This document shows positions 1 through 11,305 of a stretch of 64,000 nucleotides of DNA, one piece after another (position 1 is the stretch's first letter; the number at the start of each line of letters is the position of its first letter). The stretch spans positions 124,001-188,000 of the forward strand of contig CBFFRQ010000068.1 of the NCBI GenBank assembly GCA_965644315.1, in the 5' to 3' direction. The notes beneath the pieces are model-generated. The model ran no database searches and was not told the origin of the DNA. It saw only the letters and a list, made by a program, of their open reading frames with translations. The position numbers and the translations under genes were made by a program. The DNA is from Caecitellus pseudoparvulus (lineage: Eukaryota; Protista; Bigyra: Bicosoecida).

Positions 1-2750
1 GCCAGCCGTCACACTGCCACTGCTGCTGGGCGTCACGCCAGCCGTCACGCTCCCACTGCTGCTGGGCGTCACGGCCGCCGTCACGCTGCCACTGCTGCTG
101 GGCGTCACGCCAGCCGTCACACTGCCACTGCTGCTGGGCGTCACGGCCGCGGTCACACTGCCACTGCTGCTGGGCGTCACGCCAGCCGTCACACTGCCAC
201 TGCTGCTGGGCGTCACGCCAGCCGTCACACTGCCACTGCTGCTGGGCGTCACGGCAGCCGTCACACTGCCACTGCTGCTGGGCGTCACGCCAGCCGTCAC
301 GCTGCCACTGCTGCTGGGCGTCACGCCAGCCGTCACACTGCCACTGCTGCTGGGCGTCACGCCAGCCGTCACACTGCCACTGCTGCTGGGCGTCACGCCA
401 GCCGTCACACTGCCACTGCTGCTGGGCGTCACGCCAGCCGTCGCGCTCCCACTGCTGCTGGGCGTCACGCCAGCCGTCACGCTGCCACTGCTGCTGGGCG
501 TCACGCCAGCCGTCACACTGCCACTGCTGCTGGGCGTCACGCCAGCCGTCACACTGCCACTGCTGCTGGGCGTCACGCCAGCCGTCACACTGCCACTGCT
601 GCTGGGCGTCACGCCAGCCGTCACGCTGCCACTGCTGCTGGGCGTCACGGCCGCCGTCACACTGCCACTGCTGCTGGGCGTCACGCCAGCCGTCACACTG
701 CCACTGCTGCTGGGCGTCACGCCAGCCGTCACACTGCCACTGCTGCTGGGCGTCACGCCAGCCGTCACGCTGCCACTGCTGCTGGGCGTCACGCCAGCCG
801 TCACGCTGCCACTGCTGCTGGGCGTCACGCCAGCCGTCACACTGCCACTGCTGCTGGGCGTCACGCCAGCCGTCACACTGCCACTGCTGCTGGGCGTCAC
901 GCCAGCCGTCACACTGCCACTGCTGCTGGGCGTCACGCCAGCCGTCACACTGCCACTGCTGCTGGGCGTCACGGCCGCCGTCACACTGCCACTGCTGCTG
1001 GGCGTCACGCCAGCCGTCACACTGCCACTGCTGCTGGGCGTCACGCCAGCCGTCACACTGCCACTGCTGCTGGGCGTCACGCCAGCCGTCACACTGCCAC
1101 TGCTGCTGGGCGTCACGCCAGCCGTCACACTGCCACTGCTGCTGGGCGTCACGGCCGCGGTCACACTGCCACTGCTGCTGGGCGTCACGCCAGCCGTCAC
1201 GCTGCCACTGCTGCTGGGCGTCACGCCAGCCGTCACACTGCCACTGCTGCTGGGCGTCACGCCAGCCGTCACGCTGCCACTGCTGCTGGGCGTCACGCCA
1301 GCCGTCACACTGCCACTGCTGCTGGGCGTCACGCCAGCCGTCACACTGCCACTGCTGCTGGGCGTCACGGCCGCGGTCACACTGCCACTGCTGCTGGGCG
1401 TCACGCCAGCCGTCACGCTGCCACTGCTGCTGGGCGTCACGGCCGCCGTCACACTGCCACTGCTGCTGGGCGTCACGGCAGCCGTCACACTGCCACTGCT
1501 GCTGGGCGTCACGGCAGCCGTCACACTGCCACTGCTGCTGGGCGTCACGGCCGCGGTCACACTGCCACTGCTGCTGGGCGTCACGGCCGCCGTCACGCTG
1601 CCACTGCTGCTGGGCGTCACGCCAGCCGTCGCGCTCCCACTGCTGCTGGGCGTCACGGCCGCGGTCACACTGCCACTGCTGCTGGGCGTCACGCCAGCCG
1701 TCACGCTGCCACTGCTGCTGGGCGTCACGCCAGCCGTCACACTGCCACTGCTGCTGGGCGTCACGGCAGCCGTCACACTGCCACTGCTGCTGGGCGTCAC
1801 GCCAGCCGTCACACTGCCACTGCTGCTGGGCGTCACGCCAGCCGTCACGCTGCCACTGCTGCTGGGCGTCACGCCAGCCGTCACACTGCCACTGCTACTG
1901 GGCGTCACGCCAGCCGTCACACTGCCACTGCTGCTGGGCGTCACGCCAGCCGTCACACTGCCACTGCTGCTGGGCGTCACGCCAGCCGTCACGCTGCCAC
2001 TGCTGCTGGGCGTCACGCCAGCCGTCACACTGCCACTGCTGCTGGGCGTCACGCCAGCCGTCACGCTGCCACTGCTGCTGGGCGTCACGCCAGCCGTCAC
2101 ACTGCCACTGCTGCTGGGCGTCACGCCAGCCGTCACACTGCCACTGCTGCTGGGCGTCACGGCCGCGGTCACACTGCCACTGCTGCTGGGCGTCACGGCC
2201 GCCGTCACACTGCCACTGCTGCTGGGCGTCACGCCAGCCGTCACACTGCCACTGCTGCTGGGCGTCACGGCCGCGGTCACACTGCCACTGCTGCTGGGCG
2301 TCACGCCAGCCGTCACGCTGCCACTGCTGCTGGGCGTCACGCCAGCCGTCACACTGCCACTGCTGCTGGGCGTCACGGCAGCCGTCACGCTGCCACTGCT
2401 GCTGGGCGTCACGCCAGCCGTCACACTGCCACTGCTGCTGGGCGTCACGCCAGCCGTCACGCTGCCACTGCTGCTGGGCGTCACGCCAGCCGTCACGCTG
2501 CCACTGCTGCTGGGCGTCACGCCAGCCGTCACACTGCCACTGCTGCTGGGCGTCACGCCAGCCGTCACGCTGCCACTGCTGCTGGGCGTCACGGCAGCCG
2601 TCACACTGCCACTGCTGCTGGGCGTCACGCCAGCCGTCACGCTGCCACTGCTGCTGGGCGTCACGGCAGCCGTCACACTGCCACTGCTGCTGGGCGTCAC
2701 GCCAGCCGTCACGCTGCCACTGCTGCTGGGCGTCACGGCCGCCGTCACAC
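1..2750 (-). repeat. Coding 36-bp tandem repeat (about 76 copies, truncated by the window edge) encoding VTPSSSGSVTA(G/A), a mucin-like stalk
   Basis: The unit gccagccgtcacactgccactgctgctgggcgtcac repeats head-to-tail with no spacers. Its reverse complement reads GTG ACG CCC AGC AGC AGT GGC AGT GTG ACG GCT GGC, in frame with the upstream CAP-domain exon (...LCELPRPSATSSPAAASPSGSVTAAVTPSSSGS...). Confidence 0.95.
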
Positions 2751-5598
2751 TTCCGCTGGGAGACGCTGCAGCGGGGCTGGAGGTTGCACTGGGTCGCGGT
2801 AGCTCACACAGTTTACCACTTGCATCACAGACTGTGCCAGACGGGCAGCTGGAGCAGGGAGTTCCGGATGTGTATGGGTGCTGGCCAATGTAATTTCCAC
2901 CCGGTCCGTAGTTGCAAACAAGGAGCAACATGTTCGTGTGGCCAGTGTTCTGCATGGTCGCGCATACCTTTGTACCGCACCCAACACGGAAGCTGTCATC
3001 CCACACGACTTGTGTGTAGTGCCCGCACACCTGGCCCGAGGCACACGTGTTGCTTGAGTATGTGTAGTCTACCTTCTCATTGTCCCAATTGGTGATGAGG
3101 TCAGACACAGAAAAGAAGCCGTTTGTGCCCATCGCAAGGTTTTCTCCCACCCAGCTTTCGGTGTAGGTGCTGCTCAAGGTATTGTACTGGTTGATCCTAG
3201 CAGTTTGGTCGGAATGTCCCCAGTAGCACTGGTCGGCATAGTCTTGAGCAACGGTAGCGAGGTCAGCGTCCCAAATCATGCGGCGCATGTTGGCTGCTGC
3301 AGGGCTCACGATCCTCCGCTTGGTGTTGTGGTCATCCAGGGCGATCTGCTTGTCCGCGCATTGCATCCCAGCACCGTTTACACAGCCACACAGACCCTCA
3401 TGGCAGTCCATCCCCCCGCTGCTTGGTAGCGCTGTGCTGGAGGCCGACGGAGCAGGGGCTGACGGGCTGGCGCTGGGTGCGGCAGGTGCACTTGGCGAAG
3501 GGCCAGGGGAAGCGCCACTAGGCACATACACCAGCGCGGGAGCACAGATGCTGACGGGGTCGGGGCAAGTGATGGCTCCTGAAAACCCTGAAGGTGACAG
3601 GGTTTGGCCCTCAGAGGTGCAGGTCACAGTTGGAGGGGAGGCAGTTCCATCGTGCACAGACACGGTCAAGGAATACGCCCCGCCACCGAGGTCATTGCAG
3701 CTCGTTAGGTAGCAACCGCCTTGCAGCGTACCAGAACCAATGGTGCTGTCAAGACAGAACCCGCCGGGACCGTAGGCCGTGCCCGAGTACGTCGATGGAG
3801 ACTGAGAAGTGTCAGTGCAGACTCTGTTGCTGTACCCTCTTCGAATTGGGCAATAGTCGTAGTATTGGGAACCTCCTCTCGTTGGCTGTCCTGGAAAATA
3901 CTGGAAGGCGGTGGGAAGGCTGGACTGGTAGGTGCTCACGGTGCAATAACCAACCGCAGAGCGGTCTGGAGTGCAAACGTTGGACTCTGACGCTGCACAA
4001 AAGCGAGGAATGGGCGAGCCAAGCACGGTGCTTCCTTGAACACATTTGTTGTCTTTGGCAAAACCACAGCCTTGTTGGAAGCCCCAGTCAAGTTGTGGAC
4101 GCCAAGATGCCTGCCCTGACCAAATGATTCGGTACCAGCCCGAGTCGGCAAAGATGCCCAGCATGGGCGCGTCCAAGTCGGAGCGGTACCCAATCTGTGG
4201 CGTCATGACACCACCATGGTACAGGCGCTGTTCAACATGCGAACCCAGCACACGGCATGCGCTGCCCACGTAGTTTTCGAGCTCCACGCCCTGCAGAGTT
4301 GGGCAACCTGTAAACCAGCGGGAGGCGTCGACAGCGGTAGGCGTGACGATCTTGCTCACACAGTCCTCCGGGTTTTGACGGCTGGCCAGCGTTGGGCAAG
4401 AGCCAAGACCTCTCTCAGCGAAGGTGGCCACGGTGTTGCTGGCTGGGAAGTAGCGATCAACACCGTTGCAGTTCAGGATGTGTGCGGCAGTGGGCCGGCC
4501 GTTTGAGTCTCGGGGCGTCAAAGGGTCCAACGTGTCAACGTCCCGGAAGCGCCACCAGGAGTCTGATGAGAAGCCCATGGCATGCAGAATTTCGTGCACG
4601 GCTGTGCCCACTGCATCGTTCAAACTGCCAGCCGGGTCGATGCGCAGCGGACAGAAGTTTGCCCGCCCCACCATGGGGCGCTCGTAAGCATCGCGCTGGC
4701 AAGCCAGGGCGTACGCGAGGGTGCTGGACCCAGCACTGCACCTGCTGCTGACGCTGGATGCCGACACGAAGAGGTAGAAGTCAGTGTTTGTGGTGCCTGC
4801 GCCAGCCGCCAGCGTGCTGCAGTCATTGAACCCAGGGTTGCAAAGGGTGGCCTCGCCTAGAAGCCAGCTGGGGATCTGGATATTGTAGTCATTGCTGATG
4901 AATCCACACTGCGCAGGTCAATGACGGCGGCGGCGTGCACGGCAACGCTGAACAACGGCGTGGTGGGGACAGTGTCGCGGCGGCTGCACTCACGTAGCCG
5001 TCTGACATGGTGTAACAGTTGCCGTTGGACCACGTGGAGCTGCACTCTCGCTTCGCATGAAACGTCCCAGGGACTCGTCGCACCTGTGATGCACAAAGGG
5101 ACCATGCGGGTGTGCGGGTGTCCATTGGAAGCTCCTTGCACCACGGACTGCCCCACACACCTCGAGGGCAGCTGCCAGACGAGCCACAGCAGCGGGGAGC
5201 ACGGTGTACTCCAGGTAGTCAGCCTTGGCAGTGGTCATGTCAGGGTCCGACCGAATGTCCACAAACTCCACGTTGATGCGCACAGGGCCCCAGGTGCGCG
5301 CGAGGTACTGCGCCTTGGTCTCCAGACGGCGCCTCGCAGCGCCTGTCTCGGGCACTGTCCCATCCTTCGACTCGGAAGCCAGGATGTCGTGCAGCTGGCG
5401 ACGCGTCATCACTCTTGCTGGTGCATCTGGCTGCGAGGCGTTCTTGTACGCGACGTTGTCCGTGTGCCAGTACTCCTTGATGTGCTCGTGTAGCACTTCA
5501 TCGTGCACGCAGTCATGGCCCGCAGCAACGCGAAGCGCCACCAGCGCGGCGAAAGCTGCGCAAAAAGAGCCCCTGCCAGGCGCCATCTTAGCCGACAT
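1..5598 (-). CDS. Leishmanolysin-like (peptidase M8/GP63) zinc metalloprotease fused to a CAP domain and Ser/Thr-rich stalk; 3' end lies outside the window. Predicted exons 5598-5161, 5083-4994, 4908-<1 (>1,800 aa)
   Basis: Signal peptide (SFCAAFAALVALRVAAG) followed by a pro-domain Cys-switch-like HDCVHD. M8 motifs LAYALACQRDAYERPMVGRANFCP, HEILHAMGF (HExxH at 4596-4582) and GVELENYVGSACRVLGSHVEQRLYHGGVMT (third Zn ligand and Met-turn). GT..AG introns at 5160-5084 and 4993-4909 restore the frame. The last exon is absent from the ORF track because it has no stop in the window. Alternative ATG at 5586. Confidence 0.9.
2815..3345 (-). other. CAP (CRISP/Antigen5/PR-1, SCP) domain with Cys-rich hinge, inside the M8 gene
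   Basis: Hand translation gives LDDHNTKRRIVSPAAANMRRMIWDADLATVAQDYADQCYWGHS...WVGENLAMG...WDNEKVDY...CGHYTQVVWDDSFRVGCG...LLVCNYGPGGNYIGQHPYTSGTPCSSCPSG. This contains the CAP signatures HNxxR, GENL, GHYTQVVW and CNYxPxGN. Confidence 0.93.
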
Positions 5599-5706
5599 GG
5601 CTCCTTTGTGGTCGATAAGGTAAACGTCGACCACAGGGTAAGCAGGCATTAGATTACCACGATTTTGAACTGCAAGCTGCACTGTGACAACTTGGGGAGG
5701 CGTTGG

Positions 5707-5712
5707 AAAAAA
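5707..5712 (-). terminator. RNA polymerase III T6 terminator of the tRNA
   Basis: TTTTTT on the minus strand, 2 nt after the discriminator base. Confidence 0.8.
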
Positions 5713-5714
5713 GT

Positions 5715-5786
5715 TGCACTTACGCGGAATTGAACCGCGGACCTCAGACTTACTAAATCTGCGTTCTACCACTGAACTACAAGTGC
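5715..5786 (-). tRNA. tRNA-Thr (anticodon AGT), intronless
   Basis: The reverse complement folds as GCACTTG TA GTTC AGTGGTA GAAC G CAGAT TTAGTAA GTCTG AGGTC CGCGG TTCAATT CCGCG TAAGTGC A, a full cloverleaf with A and B boxes and no encoded CCA. Confidence 0.93.
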
Positions 5787-5810
5787 TTAGATGAGCCCAC
5801 AAATCATGGT

Positions 5811-5818
5811 TATTTATA
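5811..5818 (-). promoter_or_regulatory. Putative TATA box upstream of tRNA-Thr
   Basis: TATAAATA on the minus strand at about -32 to -25 from the mature tRNA 5' end, in an otherwise GC-rich window. Confidence 0.5.
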
Positions 5819-6011
5819 CTTGCATCTCTAGACTAACATCAGCTCTTCAGCTGCCCCGCACTGCTCAAGACAGAACGTACCCACAACGTCCCCACACGTG
5901 GAACAATATCAAACTCTCTGCCGCAGCAACCATTCATTGAACGATTTCTTTACTTCTTGGGCGTGGAACCTCACTGCGGCCTGGCTTGTGTGTGCTCGGG
6001 TTCACGCTGCC

Positions 6012-8147
6012 ATGGGAACCTCTCCAAGCAAGCCACCAGGCACAACGTTTGCCGTGCCGGTGGTGCAGGGGAAGGCTGAAGGGGAGACTCCAATTTATCG
6101 CAGTGCTTCCTCTCCTCAGGCTCTCGTGGACAACTTCGAGGGGGTGAAGACGCTGTACGAAAATTTCATGTGAGGTGTGCAAGTTCCGCTAGACGCCCGC
6201 ACGGAGCCAGCACACACTGTACCACCGGGAGCTTGCAGGTGTGGCTTTCAGTCGTGTGCTGATCTACCCATGCTAGGGACGCGGAAGTGGACTGCCCAGG
6301 GCCGTGGCGAGTATGCTTGGCAGTCTTACGCTCAGGTGGAGCGGCGGCTGAGCAACCTGGGGTCTGGTCTGCTGGCGCTGGGTCTGAAAAAGGGCGACAT
6401 GCTTGGGCTTTACGCCGCCAACTGTGCCGACTGGGTTGTTGGGGAACAAACCTGCAACGCATACTCTTTGGTAGCAGTGCCGCTGTATGACACTTTGGGC
6501 CCGGAGGCCGTGGACTTCATCCTGGGACAGACCGAGATGCCGGCAGTCCTGGCTGCCCCTGCCATGATCAAGCCCCTAGCCAAGGTGGCAGCAGGGCGCC
6601 CTTCACTGCGGTACATCATCGAAATGGATGGGGATGCTTCATTGGGCGCTCCGGCGTCGGGCCACCCAGCTGCTTCCCTAGCCGACCTTCAGGCGTTGGC
6701 CAGTGGGAGTGCGCCCGGACTTGGGGGCGCTGGCGGCGCACTCGTCCTGCGCATGAGCGACTTGGAGGCTTTGGGTGCTGCCAAGCCCATGCCCCACGTT
6801 CCCCCTGCTGCCTCTGATGTGTGCACCATCTGCTACACCAGTGGCACGACAGGTATGCCCAAAGGGGCCATTCTGAAGCACGGCAACTTCGCAGCTGGTG
6901 CAGCCGGCGCTGCCAGTGCGGGCGTGGACCTCGTCCCTTCTGACGTGCACTTGAGCTACTTGCCATTGGCTCACGTGTTTGAGAGGCTGGTGCAGGTGGC
7001 GCTGATTCGCAGGGGTGGCAGCATCGGCTTCTACCAGGGAGATGTGGTGAAGCTTGTGGAGGACCTGGGCACACTCAAGCCGACTCTGTTCCCGTCTGTG
7101 CCCCGACTATGGAACCGCATTTATGACAAAGTCATGGCGGGCGTCCGAGAGGCAGGGGGCGTCAAGGCGGCTCTCTTTGCATACGCATATGAGGCAAAGA
7201 AGGGCTTCCTCCCGGAAGGCTACACCACGCACTCCCTGTGGGATGCGCTCGTCTTCAACAAGGTCCGGGCGCTCTTCGGTGGCCGAGTGCGCCTTATGGT
7301 GACTGGCTCTGCGCCTATCTCATCAGAGGTCAAGTCCTTCTTGCAAGTAGCCTTCTGTGCGCCTGTGTTGGAAGGCTATGGACTCACCGAAACAGTAGGG
7401 GCTGCTACCATCACCCCAGCAGGTGACTTCACGAACGGGCACGTTGGTGCGCCGATCGCCTGCACCGAGCTCAAGCTGGTGGACATCCCAGAGATGAACT
7501 ACTGTGCGCGTGATGAGCCGCAGCCTCGGGGTGAAATCTGCCTGCGCGGTCCCAACATCTTCGGCGGCTACTTCAAGAACGAAGCTAAAACAGCAGAAGT
7601 CATTGACGAAGACGGCTGGTTCCACACCGGGGATGTCGGACGCATCAATAGCAATGGGACTGTGTGCATTATTGACCGCAAGAAGAACATCTTCAAGCTG
7701 TCTCAGGGGGAGTACGTGGCTCCAGAGAAGGTGGAGGGTGTCCTTGGTAGGGCCCCGCTCGTGGCGCAGTCGTGGGTTTACGGCGACTCACTTCAGAGCT
7801 CCCTGCTTGCTTTCATTGTGGTAGATCCTGATGTTGCCGCGTCATGGGCGGCTGGAAAAGGTGCCGCCGTTGGGTCCACTCTGGAGGCTTGGGTGCAGTC
7901 GGATGCGCTGCTGGGTGAAGTGCGGCGTCAGCTTCAGGAGGTGCAGGACGCTGCCAAACTGAAGGGCTTTGAGCGACCCAAGGGAATCAAGCTGCTAGCG
8001 GAGCCCTTCTCTGTGGAAAATGGCTTGCTCACTCCCACCTTCAAGCTGAAGCGTCCTCAACTCAAGGCGCGCTACGGTGGAGACATCGACATGTTGTACG
8101 CTGGCACTGGCGCCAGCTCCGCGGGCTCGGGGGCTGCTGCACAGTGA
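6012..8147 (+). CDS. Long-chain acyl-CoA synthetase (ACSL/LACS family), about 688 aa; exons 6012-6169 and 6239-8147
   Basis: AMP-binding motifs ICYTSGTTGMPKG, SYLPLAHVFER and EGYGLTE, plus the FACS signature DGWFHTGDVG...IIDRKKNIFKLSQGEYVAPEKVE and ENGLLTPTFKLKR. A phase-2 GT..AG intron at 6170-6238 joins ORF 5898-6173 to ORF 6177-8147. Confidence 0.95.
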
Positions 8148-8279
8148 TGCGGGCGTTGGTAAATTCATCGCCACAACAAAAAACCTCGCCTGTGATGCCG
8201 TGGTTGCTCTGTGTCGCGATTCCCCAGCACCCACGCCTAGCTCAAGCTCTGCTTCCTGCCTGCTCAGCCGAGCCACATC

Positions 8280-8893
8280 ATGGCTGCCTCTGCTTCTGCA
8301 GGTGCAGGTGGAAAGTACGTGGACCTTTCTGGCGTGTATGAGTTGGATAGGGATGCGTCAGACAAGATTTCTATTTTTCTGAAGGAGGCAGGCTTCTCCT
8401 GGGCCACCCGCAGCGTGAGTGCTGCTCCTGCACTGAGCCAGCCTGGGCAGCACAGCATGGAGGCACGTGCCCTGCCCACACAGATGGCGGACATGATGGG
8501 TCTCACACTGACAGTGCAGCATACAGAGGATGGTTTCACTGGTACAGGCAAGACGTCTGTTGGCACTGGGACGTATGTCCTGGAGGTGGGCAAGGTACGG
8601 CACAGCGGAGCCGTCGCAGCGACAGCAGGCACCTAGCCCACATGCACCACACGCAGGCTTGCCCGTACGACATGGGCGGAAGCATCATGATGCTGACTTC
8701 CAAGCACACTGAAGATGGGCGATTCGAATCCGTTGGAGCGCTGCCTAACGACAAGGACCGCAAGGTGATCATGTATCACGGCAAGGGAGGGGAGGACAAC
8801 CCGGATGGGCTGCTGGTCATGACACACGTCCACGACAGAGAGGGCAAGGAAACCCACGTCATCAAGCGAGTCTTGAGGGCCAAGGCTAAGTGA
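8280..8893 (+). CDS. FABP/iLBP-like (calycin beta-barrel) protein, paralog A, about 160 aa; exons 8280-8414, 8484-8594, 8657-8893
   Basis: DLSGVYELDRDASDKISIFLKEAGFSWATRS|MADMMGLTLTVQHTEDGFTGTGK...LEVGK|...HVIKRVLR follows the FABP pattern GxW/YxLxxSexFdxyLKaLGvxxxxRk...l.I...gd.f....lG...R.y. Both introns are phase-0 GT..CAG. Confidence 0.7.
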
Positions 8894-9073
8894 CAGTAAC
8901 TTGGCTTGCAAGCATTGCCCCAACCCGAGCCGGTTTTCTCACATTTTTAGCTGGCAAAGGTGCTTTCCCCTGGGGGTGACAAAAATGCACCAAACGACTT
9001 GCAACTCTCAGCACGCTTTGCACGTCCGGTGGCCCACTCTCTACCGCTTCGTTCTGCTGCTTTGAAGCGGGCC

Positions 9074-9747
9074 ATGGCTGCTGAAGCCTCAGACTCGGCA
9101 GCTGCTGCTGCGCCAGTCGAGGCTGCACCAGGCACTAGCTCTGATCCGAGCAGCCCCCCGTTTGTGGACATGACTGGTGTCTATGAACTTGACAAGGCTG
9201 CCTCTGACCCGATTTCTTTGTTCTTGAAGGAGGTGGGGGTCCCTTGGGTGGGCCGAAAGGTGAGTCGTGGCGAGTGCGTCACACTGCCGGTCACCGGCAG
9301 CCTGCTCACAAGCTGCCGCGCTTTCGGAAGCCACAGGCAGCAGACAGCATGACTTCAACCCTCACCATACGCAATTCTCCAACTGAATTCTTTGTTGAGA
9401 ACAAGAACTTCTTCAGTACCAACACCAATACGATGCCGATTGGCAAGGTGTGTGCTGGCTCAAAATCCGCACCCCGCCGGTGACCTCGCAGCTCGCCCCC
9501 CAACCCTCCACAGGAAGCTGACTGGACAGCTGGCGATGGCAGCAAGGTGCCCATGACAGCCTCGATCATGCCAGATGGGGCAGTTATCATTCAAGGGCCG
9601 ATGCCAAAGCAGGAGGGAAAGCAGCTGCACAACGTACATGCCAAGTCAGGTGACGGTGTGGTCGTGACCATTGCAATCGTGAACGCGGACGGCTCAGACG
9701 TCGTCAGAGTCCGACGTGTATTCAAACGCAAGGCGGCCTCCAAGTAG
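9074..9747 (+). CDS. FABP/iLBP-like protein, paralog B, about 176 aa; exons 9074-9259, 9337-9447, 9514-9747
   Basis: PFVDMTGVYELDKAASDPISLFLKEVGVPWVGRK|AADSMTSTLTIRNSPTEFFVENK...MPIGK|EADWTAGDGSKVPMT...VRVRRVFKR. GDGSKV resembles the FABP xDxRKv turn and VRRVFKR the terminal strand. Intron positions are the same as in paralog A. Confidence 0.75.
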
Positions 9748-9755
9748 ACCTGCGT

Positions 9756-10831
9756 TCACAGCTTTGCAAAGGCGGGCAGGTCGCCGTACACTGGCATGTT
9801 GCTCTTGTCAGGCAGCGTCATGAGGGGCTTGTGCGTCAACTGACCACCGCCACTGACGTTGATAGTGACTCCCGAAACATAAGCAGCCCCGGGCGACAGC
9901 AGCCATACAACGGCCGATGCTGTCTCTTGCACCGTTCCCAGGCGCCTGGAGGGCAGGCTCTTGAGCAGCACGGGCACCAAGTCGTCTGTGGCAGCGCCGT
10001 AGTTGGCGAAGGCAGTCGGGTTGTACACGATGCCTGGCTCCACCGCATTCACCCGCACGCCGCTGGGGGCCCATTCCCAGGCCAGCGTCTTGGTTAGGTT
10101 TGTCACCCCCGCTCTCGCTGCTGCGGAGTGCGCCATCATGGGGAAGCCATTGCCGCCCTCCAGCGTGATGTTCACAATGCAGCCCCCGTGGTCAGCCATC
10201 CATGCTGCAAAAGCCTCCCGACACATGCGGAAGGTGCCGTTCAGGTTAAGGTCCACCACTGCCGCCCAGCCACGGTCTGAGAGGGCCTCGGCTGGGCACA
10301 GGAACTGCCCTCCTCCGTTGTTTACCTGCAGCGGAACGTGCAGCTACCGCGTGGATGGTGCGTGCGTTGAAGTACGGGCAGGCAGCAGGGTGACAGGGGC
10401 ACGCAGCACGCACGAGTGCATCACACCGCCCATGCTGCCTGATGGTGCTCTGGAACAACGCCTGGACCTGTTCCAGATCCCGGATGTTGCAAGCCACGGC
10501 ATGTGCGCGTCCGGAGTACCTGCGAGCGGCCACGATGGCAGCACGAGCACGGGAGTGCATGCAAGCTAAGGCTGCAGTACTTTTGCGGGGGGGGTACATA
10601 CCCCTTGCTGTTCAGGTCTGCTGCCGCCTCTTGGAGCCTGTCTTCGTTTCGGGCTGCGATGACAACAGTGCCCCCGCAGGCTACGAGCTCCTCGGCAATG
10701 GCTTTGCCGATCCCAGTGCCTCCCCCCGTGACAATGCTAACATGGCCCTTGAACAAATCCCTTCGGAAAACGGGTTTCCACTCTGGAGCAGGGACGTTTC
10801 CTGCAGCGGGAGCCGAACCTTGCGCTGCCAT
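9756..10831 (-). CDS. PECR: Peroxisomal trans-2-enoyl-CoA reductase (SDR family), about 301 aa; exons 10831-10602, 10519-10414, 10325-9756
   Basis: Rossmann motif IVTGGGTGIG, then ACNIR, LVNNGGGQFLCPAE..S..GWAAV..NLNGTF, GFPMMAHSAAARAGVTNLTKTLA.EW (the HSxAAR variant typical of PECR in place of YxxxK) and GIVYNPTAFANYG. The C-terminus ends in PTS1 -AKL. Confidence 0.9.
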
Positions 10832-11305
10832 GGCAGACGAACTGTGCACCGTGCTGCGGAAATCGCTCTGAGCCTTTGCAGACCGCACTGCAGGCTACTG
10901 CAGCAAGTCAACCAGGGCCGATGTGTGTCCCTCGCTGAGCGTGGATAGTGTACCTGCCGTTCTTCTTTAGGGGACTGGTCATAAACTTACATTTTGTCAA
11001 GTACTAGCTGAACATTTCTAACACTCATAGTCTTGGCTCCTTCACTAAAGCCATGTCTGAGTTTGCACTGTAACTGAAGCTTTCTTTATTGAACGCGAAA
11101 GATCCCACCCCGACGATGTTGCCATTCGGGAAGAGTCAGCTTGCATCAAGGCTGGGTAGACTGCGACTCCGAAGGGTGACTGGAGGGCAGTATTATCTTG
11201 AACTTGTGGTTCCTTCGTAGGCTCTCTTTCCGCCAACATGTCACAGGAAGGCAGTCGCAGCGCTATCGGAGCACCCGGTTGCCGCGGAACCTCCGGAAGA
11301 GTTCT

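Noticed and set aside
1-2750. 36-bp repeats as a CRISPR array, telomere or non-coding satellite
   Set aside because: There are no unique spacers and no cas genes. The units are contiguous and in frame with a eukaryotic protease gene, and the variants are mostly synonymous in that frame.
5599-5802. N-terminal extension of ORF 4990-5802
   Set aside because: It overlaps the tRNA-Thr gene, and the signal peptide starts at ATG 5598 or 5586.
6168-6176. In-frame TGA after ...ENFM in LACS as selenocysteine or readthrough
   Set aside because: The TGA lies within the GTGAGG donor of a 69-nt intron whose removal restores the frame.
10890-11300. AT-richer intergenic segment as an snRNA, snoRNA, SRP, RNase P/MRP or SECIS element
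   Set aside because: No diagnostic boxes were found by eye. A minus-strand AATAAA near 11085-11090 fits an ordinary FABP-C 3' end and PECR promoter. An Infernal/Rfam scan would be decisive.
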